Virus record (IMG/VR): IMGVR_UViG_3300022932_000004
Location: 1-51,536 of that record
Length of the DNA stretch: 51,536 nt
Reading direction: 5' to 3' (one strand)
DNA from: a virus
Lineage: Duplodnaviria; Caudoviricetes
Position numbers and translations under genes: made by a program. Below the pieces are notes generated by a model that was not told where the DNA came from, made no database searches, and saw only the letters and a list, made by a program, of their open reading frames with translations. Of the stretch, positions 35,511 through 44,959 are shown piece by piece; the stretch's first letter is position 1, and the number at the start of each line of letters is the position of its first letter.

Positions 35511-37295
35511 CTAGAAAGGCGTGTCGTCATCAGTTTCATTGCTTAAGTAATCTTCGTCAAACAACCTACTTGGTCTTAATAATGCGTTTGGCTTTTGTTC
35601 TACAACCTGCCTAGTGAGCCAATTAATATTAGGGTCTGTTCCCGGAATAAAAAACCTTGCGTTTGGCTCATTGTAAATATATTCAACCATTCCGGTTTTG
35701 CCTAAATGTTCCCATTTTACCTTTTGAAAGTGAACCTCTGTCATATTGGTGACATTATTACGGTAGATGGTAAACCCGTTTTGAGTCATATTAAAAAAGT
35801 GAGCTGAACCTGAAATAGAATAAAGATTAGGTACTAAGAAGTTTGAACCATCTGAATTTTTAGGCATTTTAGTAGGGTGAGCCACAAGAAATACATGCAC
35901 CCCCGTCGCCTGTGCGAAGGTGATAATCTTAACTAAACACGAGACAATCCATTCTCCATCCTGCATGCCGTTTGGCTTGGTATTTTCAATCCTATTCCAA
36001 GGGTCAAGTATCAATCCTTTAATTCCTTTTCGAGCTACTAAAATCTTTGCAGATGACAATATTTCGTCTAATGAATATCCTTTATCCGGCTTAATCAAAT
36101 GGTATCGGTCACGCACCCAATCCCGTGACTCGTTCAGTTCATCCAATGAAACATTTGCTTTTGAAAACTTTTTCCCTAATAATCTTTTGATAAGCCTAGT
36201 GAAATAAAACGACATAGGATGACTTTCGGGCGAACAAACGCCAAAACGCCACGAAGAGTTGATACATAGCCCAATACTGATTTGGTCTAAATAGATTGAT
36301 TTACCATGCCCCGGAATACCAGTGACCATTGTCAATTCTCCCGGCATACAGCCTAAATGTTCATCAAAATGAGCGTCACCAGTCTTATCTCCGGTAGGCA
36401 TTCCGTTGTTATAAATATCTAAAATCGATTCCCATTCGTCATCGATACTAAACACGCCTTGTATTGGGTATTCTTTTGCCTCTTTTAGCAGCTCCAACAA
36501 ACTATCTCCGTTGTGACGGGTAATGTACTCGTTTGAATCTTTGCACTCCTTAAAATCAATCTTATAGCATTTCTCGTAACCAAGCCTTCTTGCGAGTTCA
36601 TCACGCAGTTCTATTCCGGGCTGGTCGTTATCTGTGGCAATATATATTTTATCTTTAGAGGAAAGGTATTCAAAACAATTATCCAGCCATTCCATTTTTG
36701 CGTTCTTGCTTGCTCCGTTAGGTACAGATGTTGCAAATTTATATCCTGCCTCGTGCCAAGACATTGCGTCTATCTCTCCTTCTGTAATTAAACACTCCTT
36801 GCTTTCCTTGATGGAATTTAAGTTGTACAAAATCAACTCCGCGTCCTTTACTAGCTTAAAATGTTTGTTGGCAGTCCGGTATTTCACATTGACTAATTTT
36901 TCGTCTCTGAAATAATTAAACTGAACAGTATTCATTTTTTTGCTTTCTTGAGGCATGTATTCCTCTCCTTCTGTGATCTTAAAATCAATTAGGGTTTTTT
37001 GAGAAATTCCCCGTATGAAAAACCAATCAACCAATTGCTGACTTAATTTCGTGCGGTTATTGTAAATTGGGGTGAAATATTCTTTTTTAGGATTCACGTA
37101 TTCAGTTTTAATAACAAAAGAACTTTCACAATGCGCACAGTGACCAACGTTTTTATCGTTGTTCCATGAGAAACAGCGCACTGTTTTCTTTTTTCGGGTA
37201 TGGCTGCATTTCGGACAGACCATTTGTTCCTCCCCAGACGTTCGTTTGTTGTCAATTTCAAAGTCCTGACCTGTGGCTAATTCATGTATAATCAT
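35511..37295 (-). CDS. Primase-helicase (T7 gp4/Twinkle-like)
   Basis: Zn finger CPKC...CAHC; TOPRIM ITEGEIDAMS and ATDNDQPG; SF4 helicase GIPGHGKS, ILDPWN, LVAHP, ISGSAHF. Confidence 0.93.
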   Translation of the reverse strand: MIIHELATGQDFEIDNKRTSGEEQMVCPKCSHTRKKKTVRCFSWNNDKNVGHCAHCESSFVIKTEYVNPKKEYFTPIYNNRTKLSQQLVDWFFIRGISQKTLIDFKITEGEEYMPQESKKMNTVQFNYFRDEKLVNVKYRTANKHFKLVKDAELILYNLNSIKESKECLITEGEIDAMSWHEAGYKFATSVPNGASKNAKMEWLDNCFEYLSSKDKIYIATDNDQPGIELRDELARRLGYEKCYKIDFKECKDSNEYITRHNGDSLLELLKEAKEYPIQGVFSIDDEWESILDIYNNGMPTGDKTGDAHFDEHLGCMPGELTMVTGIPGHGKSIYLDQISIGLCINSSWRFGVCSPESHPMSFYFTRLIKRLLGKKFSKANVSLDELNESRDWVRDRYHLIKPDKGYSLDEILSSAKILVARKGIKGLILDPWNRIENTKPNGMQDGEWIVSCLVKIITFAQATGVHVFLVAHPTKMPKNSDGSNFLVPNLYSISGSAHFFNMTQNGFTIYRNNVTNMTEVHFQKVKWEHLGKTGMVEYIYNEPNARFFIPGTDPNINWLTRQVVEQKPNALLRPSRLFDEDYLSNETDDDTPF

Positions 37296-37606
37296 TAGAA
37301 GTTGAATTGAGAGGGGAAATATTTACTTCCGAATTTAGTTTTTAGCCCTATGAATATATTTTGAACGCCTAACCTATGGTCGTATGCTATTGAGCCTGTT
37401 TTCATTTCACGGATTAATAGTTTCAAATCATCCAATTCAATGTGCGGCAAAATCTCTATAATACTCTGCGACCACTCTATTATCTTCCGGTCGCTAAGGT
37501 CAAATGAAGTCAATTGATTGACATGGTAAATAGCTTTTGCAATTTTAATTGCTTCGGCAGAACTAGTCTGCAAAAATTGACTTTGGTTTGTTGTTTCGAG
37601 TTCCAT
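37295..37606 (-). CDS. Hypothetical protein, possible helicase loader
   Basis: Lies between initiator and helicase (lambda P-like position); likely start MELETTNQ. Confidence 0.55.
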   Translation of the reverse strand: MELETTNQSQFLQTSSAEAIKIAKAIYHVNQLTSFDLSDRKIIEWSQSIIEILPHIELDDLKLLIREMKTGSIAYDHRLGVQNIFIGLKTKFGSKYFPSQFNF

Positions 37607-38330
37607 CGGTTTTATTTTTGATTTCTTTAAGTTCATGTTCCCAGTTTTTAGACTTCCAAGCTCCGTCTTCAAATTGAAGTGAGGCATCACCCATCAATTT
37701 ATCGTAAGAATGTACTATTTGCTTTGATAGCTTTTTAAACTCGCAGTAAGCTAAATACTGCTTTATAAAGTCGTCTTGCTGATTTTTAAAAAACAGATTA
37801 GTTACGAATGACATTATATAACTTTTCTGCTGTTTATACTTCATTTCAGAAAATCCAAATTGCTCAACAAGAGTATTAATCATGTTTGATTTTTTTTCTT
37901 CATCAATTTCAGGGGCAGGATTTTCTTTATATATATCTTCTTTCTTTATTTCATTTACATTAACACTTACACTATCATTTACATTAACACTTACAGTTGA
38001 TTTTGTTGACGTTTGTTGAACAAAATCAACATGTGTTGGATTTGTTGACTTTTGTTGAGATTCTTTGGCTACTTTCTTAGCTTCCGCACTTGCTTTTCCT
38101 GCCTCTGACCTCTTCTCTTTTATGCCTTCCCATCGCTTTAAGTCCCTTTTTAACTGTTGTTTTATAGGTTCAAAAACCAAGTCAACCATTAAATCTTCAA
38201 CTGTAGGGTTTAAGTCATTTACATATTCCAAAATAGCTAAAAGCAATTCCCCAGCCTTTTCCTTTGGCATTTTTTTAATAGTTGGTAGCAAATCTGCATA
38301 CAAAACAAATGATCTTTTTGAATCTGCCAT
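37563..38330 (-). CDS. Replication initiator-like protein (DUF6291-type N-terminus)
   Basis: SFVLYAD...AGELLLAILEY...KRSEAGKASAE N-terminus; low-complexity linker carrying DNA repeats. Confidence 0.75.
   Translation of the reverse strand: MADSKRSFVLYADLLPTIKKMPKEKAGELLLAILEYVNDLNPTVEDLMVDLVFEPIKQQLKRDLKRWEGIKEKRSEAGKASAEAKKVAKESQQKSTNPTHVDFVQQTSTKSTVSVNVNDSVSVNVNEIKKEDIYKENPAPEIDEEKKSNMINTLVEQFGFSEMKYKQQKSYIMSFVTNLFFKNQQDDFIKQYLAYCEFKKLSKQIVHSYDKLMGDASLQFEDGAWKSKNWEHELKEIKNKTDGTRNNKPKSIFAD
37951..38058. repeat. Iteron-like repeats inside the initiator gene (putative origin)
   Basis: TCATTTACATTAACACTTACA twice (37951-37971, 37975-37995) and TTTGTTGA four times (38002, 38012, 38041, 38051), next to an AT-rich tract. 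Confidence 0.65.
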
Positions 38331-38815
38331 TATTTCAATCCCTCCCCATGTTCAAATCTATATTGCTTTGCAATTTTTATTGCAATTTTAGTTTTATCAA
38401 GCATAGTCCACTCGGATATAAATTCATCGGAAGAAAAAAATGGGGTAATCTTTTCCTGTGAACTTGTAAATATCACATTAGTGCCAATGTCACCAGAAAT
38501 TATAGTCCTGTATGAAATAGGCTTTGGTATTCCTTCTAAAAGCAAAACATCTATACTACCGTCAGTTTCCATTCCTAAAGAAAGCTCTTTAACAAGTTTT
38601 ATTTCATCGTAACTTAACTGGACGGGCTTTACCTCTGCATAGCAGTTCCATTGCCTAAAATAAAAGTCGGGCAAGTACCACTTGCTTGGCAATTGATACC
38701 CGTTTTCTTCATATTCATAAACCCATCCCATGCAATCAAAAAAAACAGCCCATCTAGCCTCTAATCTTGACCTAAATCTATTGCCGTTGTATATAGTTGT
38801 TATTGCTTTTAGCAT
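38330..38815 (-). CDS. PD-(D/E)xK nuclease-like protein
   Basis: FRSRLEARWAVFFD...YEYE...YLPDF...YAEVK. Confidence 0.8.
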   Translation of the reverse strand: MLKAITTIYNGNRFRSRLEARWAVFFDCMGWVYEYEENGYQLPSKWYLPDFYFRQWNCYAEVKPVQLSYDEIKLVKELSLGMETDGSIDVLLLEGIPKPISYRTIISGDIGTNVIFTSSQEKITPFFSSDEFISEWTMLDKTKIAIKIAKQYRFEHGEGLK

Positions 38816-38847
38816 ATTACTATCTGTAAAAATTTAAAGCCTAAAAA

Positions 38848-39006
38848 TTATTTCACCACTATTAAAGTAGTTCCTTTTACGTTTATAGTTTTCAACTCTT
38901 TATCTTTTATAAGCTGATCTATTTTAACGCGGTTGATACCAAAAGTTTTGTGATATTCTGTTTTGGTGTATGTTTTTTGTGGATTAATTATAATTTCTTT
39001 TTCCAT
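38848..39006 (-). CDS. Small HTH/excisionase-like protein (52 aa, absent from ORF track)
   Basis: MEKEIIINPQKTYTKTEYHKTFGINRVKIDQLIKDKELKTINVKGTTLIVVK. Confidence 0.55.
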   Translation of the reverse strand: MEKEIIINPQKTYTKTEYHKTFGINRVKIDQLIKDKELKTINVKGTTLIVVK

Positions 39007-39071
39007 GTTGCTAATTTACATATTGTAATCTATATAACCAAATAAAAAGAGGAATTTCACCTCTTAATTTT

Positions 39072-39638
39072 CTACACTATCCCGTACTTCCTCCTTAAAG
39101 CCTCTATGTCGTAGCCCGGGCTTGCCATAACTTCCGTCCTTTGGTTGAGCCTGACTTTGATTTTACCTTCGTCGTTGGATTTAACGACAACTACTTTTTC
39201 TTGTTTGAACATATCCGGTTTAGGCTTTTTGATTTCCTTTTGTTCTTGCGGGGTACGTTTGATGCTTTGTTGCATTTTGACTGGCTTAGTTGGTTTAACT
39301 GTTACTTTCTTTTCTGCGCCAAACCGGAAGTTCTCCGGCTTGGTTTTGTTTTTCTTGCGACTGTAGTTCCTTGATTTTTGTCGGTGGTATTCCCGACGTT
39401 CTTCATCGGTCTTTTCTACTTTGATTCTAGGTGGATTTAAAGCCCTGCGTTCTGCTCTAATCTTTTGCGAATACAAACGCATGCGTAATTTCGTTTCTTC
39501 GCTTAGATCGACTTTAACTGGTTTAATTCCTGATATTCGATCAGCGTCACGTTTGGATTTTTTCAACACAGCAAAGTGTTTTGATCTTGCTTTGTTCCTG
39601 CGTTCAGCTTCTCCGGGTGGTAATTTTTGTCGTGACAT
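39072..39638 (-). CDS. Basic hypothetical protein
   Basis: 188 aa, Lys/Arg-rich. Confidence 0.6.
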   Translation of the reverse strand: MSRQKLPPGEAERRNKARSKHFAVLKKSKRDADRISGIKPVKVDLSEETKLRMRLYSQKIRAERRALNPPRIKVEKTDEERREYHRQKSRNYSRKKNKTKPENFRFGAEKKVTVKPTKPVKMQQSIKRTPQEQKEIKKPKPDMFKQEKVVVVKSNDEGKIKVRLNQRTEVMASPGYDIEALRRKYGIV

Positions 39639-39731
39639 AGTTTTTAATTAAAATCCATTAACAATTGTCCGTTAACATCCTGCTGAACGATTGGCGTTTC
39701 AGATAAGATGTCGCGAATCCATAGTTCGTAT

Positions 39732-40523
39732 TCAGTCATTTAGGTTTTCGTATTCTTGAATTGCTTTGAATATTCTATATGGTATCTCGGGTACTATTGA
39801 ATTTCCATACGCTTTTATTTGCTCTCTTCGCCATGCTCCGGAAGAATAGTCGCCCACTCCAAAGGAAAGCCCATCATCCACGCATACAGCCGGTGGTTCA
39901 CATGCCCAGGCACCGGACCGAAAAGTCTGTACAGATGTTCCGGCAAACTCCCAGGCGATCGGTGATGCCTTCTCGTTAACATAGGAAAAGAAAGTCTGTC
40001 CCTGTTGCAATCTGATGCTGTTGGCGTAAGCAACGATATACAGCCTCGCTCTGTGATGCGGGGCACCAACATCTGACGCTCTGCATACTCTCCATTCTGC
40101 ATTGTACCCCATTCTGGCCAATTCACTGAGGATGATTTTAAAATCAATTCCTGCATTGGTCCTGAGAATATTTTCAACGTTTTCGGCCACCACATATCTT
40201 GGTTCTGTTTCGGAAATAGCTCTGCACATTTGATAAAAGAGTCCTGTCCTGCTACCTTGTAACCCTTGTTTACCACCACCGTTTTGTTTGGCGATACTTG
40301 CGTCTTGACAGGGAAATCCCCCTGTGAGTACGTCGATTGATCCTCTGTGAATACTGAAATCTGTTGATTTAATATCTCCATAACTTATTGAATTAGGAAA
40401 ATTTTTATTTAAAATAATTCGTCCAAATTGGTTGATTTCGCAATGAAATTTATTTTCCCATCCCATCCACTCAGCTGCGAGTTCCGGACCTCCTATACCG
40501 GAGAATAATGATGCATGCGTCAT
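39732..40523 (-). CDS. dcm: DNA (cytosine-5)-methyltransferase, large (alpha) polypeptide
   Basis: Motif I SLFSGIGG, IV GGFPCQD, VI ENV, VIII PHHRARLY and X IKAYGNSIVP; no motif IX in this frame. Confidence 0.92.
   Translation of the reverse strand: MTHASLFSGIGGPELAAEWMGWENKFHCEINQFGRIILNKNFPNSISYGDIKSTDFSIHRGSIDVLTGGFPCQDASIAKQNGGGKQGLQGSRTGLFYQMCRAISETEPRYVVAENVENILRTNAGIDFKIILSELARMGYNAEWRVCRASDVGAPHHRARLYIVAYANSIRLQQGQTFFSYVNEKASPIAWEFAGTSVQTFRSGAWACEPPAVCVDDGLSFGVGDYSSGAWRREQIKAYGNSIVPEIPYRIFKAIQEYENLND
39815..40381 (-). CDS. Overprinted methyltransferase small (beta) polypeptide
   Basis: 188 aa alternative-frame ORF fully nested in dcm, with LLTPTASD and motif-IX-like VNHRLYAWMMGFPLEW. 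Confidence 0.7.
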   Translation of the reverse strand: MEILNQQISVFTEDQSTYSQGDFPVKTQVSPNKTVVVNKGYKVAGQDSFIKCAELFPKQNQDMWWPKTLKIFSGPMQELILKSSSVNWPEWGTMQNGEYAERQMLVPRITERGCISLLTPTASDCNRDRLSFPMLTRRHHRSPGSLPEHLYRLFGPVPGHVNHRLYAWMMGFPLEWATILPEHGEESK

Positions 40524-40867
40524 TATATTTTAGATTTTAAAGTAATAGTAATAGTTGATTCTGATTTTTTTTTAAAGAAAAGCATTGAGGTGTATTTGCT
40601 AATAGTTGGTTGTGCAATATTATATTTCTTGGAAAGAACTATTTCCGATTCATTGTTACACCAAAAATCTTCCATGATAATTGGCATTCTTACTAAATCA
40701 AACCAAGTTTTCCTGCCATGACCTTTATAAAAGCCTAGTAGCCTCCTATGAAGCCCTATTGTTTGATGGGAAAAATTTAATTCTTTAGCTATCTGCAAAT
40801 CGCTCATTTTCGAATGATTTTCTATAACAAAAGAAATGTCTTCACTAGATAGTGTCCGTTGCATCAT
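40523..40867 (-). CDS. Double-HTH DNA-binding protein
   Basis: SDLQIAKELNFSHQTI and LSKKYNIAQPTISKY helix-turn-helix patterns. Confidence 0.7.
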   Translation of the reverse strand: MMQRTLSSEDISFVIENHSKMSDLQIAKELNFSHQTIGLHRRLLGFYKGHGRKTWFDLVRMPIIMEDFWCNNESEIVLSKKYNIAQPTISKYTSMLFFKKKSESTITITLKSKI

Positions 40868-41072
40868 CCAAACGTTTAACCGTTAAAATTCCCTTGCCTA
40901 ACTTAAGCGACCAACGCATGTGTTCGTACTTTGGATTCTTACCCATGTTGGTGCGCGCCCTTCTGGTTACATCGTAATCACCTGATGCTGTTTCGAAGTA
41001 TTGACCCGGTGTGATCGTGGTCATTTTGGCTTGATGCTTCCGGTCTAATTCCGACTTGAATTTGATTTTCAT
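40845..41072 (-). CDS. Hypothetical protein
   Basis: 75 aa coupled ORF. Confidence 0.6.
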   Translation of the reverse strand: MKIKFKSELDRKHQAKMTTITPGQYFETASGDYDVTRRARTNMGKNPKYEHMRWSLKLGKGILTVKRLDDATDTI

Positions 41073-41287
41073 TTTACTTTGTTTTTGAATAAATAATTAC
41101 ACCTCACTACAGCAAGTGACAGGTCATTATAAGCGCTATCACATGTAGCGTGAGTAATACCTGGTACCCACACATGGTAATTAGGATTTGATTTTGTACC
41201 TTCATTTGACACGTAATAACCGTCCACACTATGAAGTATATTCATTTTAATTTCACAATCCGTTCCGTTGGAGATATAATTTAACAT
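41069..41287 (-). CDS. Hypothetical protein
   Basis: 72 aa coupled ORF. Confidence 0.6.
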   Translation of the reverse strand: MLNYISNGTDCEIKMNILHSVDGYYVSNEGTKSNPNYHVWVPGITHATCDSAYNDLSLAVVRCNYLFKNKVK

Positions 41288-41288
41288 C

Positions 41289-41414
41289 TTATTTATTTTT
41301 TGAACTACGTAAAACCATCGCGTTAAACTTGATCGACTCAGGAGTTACTTTTCCGATCAATTTAACCATTGCTTGTTTGCTGTTAATGTTTTTGTGGATT
41401 TGTAAGTTTTTCAT
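41289..41414 (-). CDS. 41-aa peptide, paralog B
   Basis: MKNLQIHKNINSKQAMVKLIGKVTPESIKFNAMVLRSSKNK; follows the same TACCTTTACATCATC motif as paralog A. Confidence 0.6.
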   Translation of the reverse strand: MKNLQIHKNINSKQAMVKLIGKVTPESIKFNAMVLRSSKNK

Positions 41415-41550
41415 AATATTTGTTTTTGTTTGATGATGTAAAGGTAGCCATTTATCCGGATAAAACAATAGGCGAGTGAAAATAATTGCATTTAATTTTG
41501 CAACATTGGTGTTACATAAAGAGCCCGTCGTTAAACGGGCTTTAAGGCGG

Positions 41551-42174
41551 TTAGTATTGGCGGTTCTGCTTGATTTTATGAACCATTTCGTCACGTATTT
41601 CAATTCCCTCGGCAGTCCTTTTCTTGAGTAGATCAATAACTATATCGTTTCTTTGAATTACAATCTCATGCCATTTGGGTTCGCCTCGATGGATAATGTA
41701 GTTGAAGTAATAAGCTTTCTCTCTTGCTGTAACCCATAGCTGGTGTTGCATTTGATTGTAATACTTTTTATCAATAAAACCATTGTAGACGAGTTTGAAA
41801 AATGTATCGTCTTTAGGGCATTTGATTTCTAAAACAGCGTTGTCACTTACAAGACCGTCGGGGCTACCCCCTATGTTATTATTCAACTGGAAGAATCCGC
41901 AGTTTGAAACTTCGAGAAACTCTAATGATTTTAATTGTTTAAACTGTTCAAACGCATAAGGCTCATTTTCTATACCTTTTTGCATATCGTAAGACATAAA
42001 TTGGTTATCCTCGTCTATTCCCTCGGCAATTTCAGTAGCAAGCTTTAGGCAGTAGGATAATCCAGTTTCTCCCAGTCCCCTGATGCCAAGTAAATCATCT
42101 GCTTTTGAAGAAGTGAATTTGCCAAGCCTTTGCGCGTACCACTCAGGGCTACGCTGTTGTATTGTCTCTAACAT
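41551..42174 (-). CDS. YqaJ / lambda-exonuclease family recombination nuclease
   Basis: QRSPEWYAQRLGKFTSS, G.ENEP.A, GGSPDGLV, LEIKCP and YYNQMQHQLWVT; start revised to MLETIQ. Confidence 0.9.
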   Translation of the reverse strand: MLETIQQRSPEWYAQRLGKFTSSKADDLLGIRGLGETGLSYCLKLATEIAEGIDEDNQFMSYDMQKGIENEPYAFEQFKQLKSLEFLEVSNCGFFQLNNNIGGSPDGLVSDNAVLEIKCPKDDTFFKLVYNGFIDKKYYNQMQHQLWVTAREKAYYFNYIIHRGEPKWHEIVIQRNDIVIDLLKKRTAEGIEIRDEMVHKIKQNRQY

Positions 42175-42685
42175 AGTCGCTATATAAAATTTCCATATCT
42201 GCACTGATTGAATAAACCTCTTTTACCTTTTCGATGGTAGCTCCGGCTTTGTGAGCTTTTTCAAAGTTAGCCTCAGTAAAAGTCGGTTTAACTTTTTCAG
42301 CCGGAGGAATCGGAGAAATGCGGATTCCGTCTTGAACTTTCCCAAAAGCTTTTATATCTCTCAAAACAAAAAACTCAATACGTATTCCACCCCAATTTCC
42401 AATGTTCCAACATTCAACTTCGCTAAACCCTTTCTTCCTGGCAAACCCAGCAATTGTCTTTCGGTTTGTAGAGTTCAAAACCATATCCTTTATGTCCTCT
42501 ACAAATGAACAGAAATAACCGTCCGTTTTCTCGCCTGAGACGTCAACTTTGGTATCATACCAAGCTTCCTTTATGGTGAAGATCAGCGACGTTCTGCCAT
42601 CTGTAACCATCGCGTCTAGGTCAGCCGACGCGAGGTGCGTCGACTTCCTATATTTCCTGCAATCAATATTAACCTCTTTTGCCAT
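42149..42685 (-). CDS. Hypothetical protein, candidate recombination partner of YqaJ
   Basis: 178 aa directly upstream of the exonuclease, where an annealing protein usually lies; no family recognised. Confidence 0.55.
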   Translation of the reverse strand: MAKEVNIDCRKYRKSTHLASADLDAMVTDGRTSLIFTIKEAWYDTKVDVSGEKTDGYFCSFVEDIKDMVLNSTNRKTIAGFARKKGFSEVECWNIGNWGGIRIEFFVLRDIKAFGKVQDGIRISPIPPAEKVKPTFTEANFEKAHKAGATIEKVKEVYSISADMEILYSDYVRDNTTA

Positions 42686-43791
42686 TACAGTAATGTTTTA
42701 GAGTCAGAAATAATTAACTTTTTAACCATTAATAAGCTTTCGATAACACGAGCTTGCATAGCTTTACCTTCTGTAGTTGACAGATTAGGAAATTCATTTA
42801 CTAATGAATCAAACTTGCCAAAGAAAATTTTTACTTTTTCCTTGTCTCCTGCGTTAAGCAATGCTTTTTCTTGGGCTAGTTTTTCCGAGGCAACTCGTTC
42901 CTCTTCATTCTTTTTCGCCTTTAGTTCGGCGTTGACCCGGTCATTTTCTGCTTTTAAATTGGCTTGAATTTTAGCGTTTTTGTCGGATTCAATTTTCGAT
43001 AACCTGTCTTTTTCGTCCTGCTCAATTTTAGCAACTCTATTTTGATCAGCGATCTCAGCCTCTCTTTTCTCTTGCTGAGCCTTTAGTTCGGCGTTTTCTT
43101 TTTCTATACGCTCTTTTTCAGCTTTATCTTCTGCTTCTTTTTTAAGCCTATCGTGTTCCGCCTTTTTCTCCGCCGCAATACGATCTTCTTCGGCTTTCTT
43201 CTCTTCTTCGAGTCTCTTAGCCTCAGCAAGACGTTCATTTTCTTTACGCGTGTTGAATGCCAGGGCTTCGTTTTGCAAATAACTATCGAAGGTTGCGTCA
43301 TCCATATTCTTGAGATCAACAAATTTATTTATCTCACCATATGGTGAAAGCAATTCTATTCTTGATTGCTCCAAATCAGAAAGCCGTTGCTCTTCGATCT
43401 TCTTTTGGTGATTTTCAATTGCCTCAGCTTTTTGCTCGGACAGTAAAGAACTGTTTTCAACTACCTTGAAATAGCTATCAATAAGACGAGTTTTAATAAG
43501 CAATCCAGCTTTCAACTCTTCCTTAGTTGCGCTTAGTCCCTTAGACCCTCGGTTAGATACCAAAGCTAATCGACAAGTCCTGGCTAATTTGGCATCCTCT
43601 GCCGTCGGGTTTTCTGAGTTAATTTCAGCGATTTTAACAGCAAAATCGTTAACGACGTTCATGAATGGGGCAAATCGGATTCCGATCTCTTGAGCCTCTG
43701 TTAAAACTAGCCCCGACGTTTCAGCTATAACCAATAGCTCAGGGGTAAGTTCTGTTGTTTTCTCTACTACTTGTAATTCTTGATTTTCCAT
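42685..43791 (-). CDS. Coiled-coil protein
   Basis: 368 aa, Glu/Lys/Ala-rich; first gene of the recombination operon. Confidence 0.75.
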   Translation of the reverse strand: MENQELQVVEKTTELTPELLVIAETSGLVLTEAQEIGIRFAPFMNVVNDFAVKIAEINSENPTAEDAKLARTCRLALVSNRGSKGLSATKEELKAGLLIKTRLIDSYFKVVENSSLLSEQKAEAIENHQKKIEEQRLSDLEQSRIELLSPYGEINKFVDLKNMDDATFDSYLQNEALAFNTRKENERLAEAKRLEEEKKAEEDRIAAEKKAEHDRLKKEAEDKAEKERIEKENAELKAQQEKREAEIADQNRVAKIEQDEKDRLSKIESDKNAKIQANLKAENDRVNAELKAKKNEEERVASEKLAQEKALLNAGDKEKVKIFFGKFDSLVNEFPNLSTTEGKAMQARVIESLLMVKKLIISDSKTLL

Positions 43792-43808
43792 TTTGATTTT
43801 AAATAAGC

Positions 43809-43887
43809 GAACCCAATCGGAGTGAAAATCCGCAAGAACTTTTCACCCCTCATGGGTTCTAATGTTTTCAACAGACTTGCGGCTCTG
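43809..43887 (-). ncRNA. Structured 5' leader, kissing-loop element 4
   Basis: Minus strand: CAGA-gCCGCAAG-TCTG hairpin; its loop is complementary to CTTGCGG in the loop of an interrupted ~20-nt stem (43840-43859/43809-43828). Confidence 0.55.
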
Positions 43888-43928
43888 AGTTATAAATTTA
43901 CTGATAATACGGGAATGCTTTTGTAACG

Positions 43929-44549
43929 TTATTGTTGTTTAGACGTGTAAACATGTGCAATATCTTCTATGTCCGATGGATATAATGAAAATACAGTTTT
44001 GTCTGCGTCTTTTATTAAAATAATCTCGCCACCATATACATGCGCTTCCATTCCACAAAAAAGTTCTACAGTAGTGAACAGAGGCATGTTCATTTTGTTC
44101 ACCCAAGCTTCTGCGCTTTCACGGGTGCTGAATGCCTTGTACGTGTCAGGAGTAGTTATCGCAGGAAAGTCTACGTCAGGTTCTATTACGCCCGATGTGT
44201 CTGGTAAGACAAAGCACTCCTTTTTTAGGAATAAATCCAACTCCCATTTATTTGAGGTTTTATTTAATTGAACTGCCCACATCTCATCACCTGAATACAA
44301 ATCAACACCATCTTCTGATTTTAAGATGAATGTTTTTTTCTCTTCTACTTCGGCAGGGACAATTTTAGCCCAAACAGACCCGTTTGATTCTGAATCATAA
44401 ACACAAAATCCCTGTCCGTCATGAATTTTGTGTTTACCCACCCACTTGTAAGTGCCGTCAACAGTAAGAGGAAAACCGTCTATCCACTTAATTACTGTCC
44501 CTTTAGGGTAATTGTCATAAGATATTTTTATTGCTTCGTGTTTTTTCAT
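43929..44549 (-). CDS. Hypothetical protein
   Basis: 206 aa with SEDGVDLYSGD and FSTRESAEAWV segments. Confidence 0.7.
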   Translation of the reverse strand: MKKHEAIKISYDNYPKGTVIKWIDGFPLTVDGTYKWVGKHKIHDGQGFCVYDSESNGSVWAKIVPAEVEEKKTFILKSEDGVDLYSGDEMWAVQLNKTSNKWELDLFLKKECFVLPDTSGVIEPDVDFPAITTPDTYKAFSTRESAEAWVNKMNMPLFTTVELFCGMEAHVYGGEIILIKDADKTVFSLYPSDIEDIAHVYTSKQQ

Positions 44550-44641
44550 TTTGTTATTTGCTAAAGGTGAAATAAATCATTGTTGCTATTACTGTTGCCG
44601 TTCCGATTGAGATCGCAAACCTCAGGAACGCGGCATATTTT

Positions 44642-44959
44642 TCACTGGGCTGTCTCATTTGATATTTTTATTAAACGCTCGTTGTTCTTAAGCATTGATT
44701 TCAATTTTCTGTGATAGCTTTCCCGTTTGATTATAAAAGCCTCTAAAGCCCTCTCTTTAGTCTCGTAAGCATAACGCTTGCCGGATTGATCTTTTAAAAT
44801 ATTCCTTTTATTTTTCCCGTGATTCACCACGTAGCATTTTGTAGTTTCCTTAACTACGGTTAATTCTTCGTAAATAATTACTATTGTTTGCTCTGAATAG
44901 AACTCCGCGTAAGGATTCGTGTTTTTCCAACCACAACGATACAGAATTTTAGCTACCAT
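44642..44959 (-). CDS. Hypothetical protein
   Basis: 105 aa; VVKETTKCY...KRYAYETKERALEAF. Confidence 0.65.
   Translation of the reverse strand: MVAKILYRCGWKNTNPYAEFYSEQTIVIIYEELTVVKETTKCYVVNHGKNKRNILKDQSGKRYAYETKERALEAFIIKRESYHRKLKSMLKNNERLIKISNETAQ

Noticed and set aside
37951-38058. CRISPR array or mini-array
   Set aside because: Repeats are short, nearly adjacent, lack spacers and lie within a coding linker; no cas genes were recognised.
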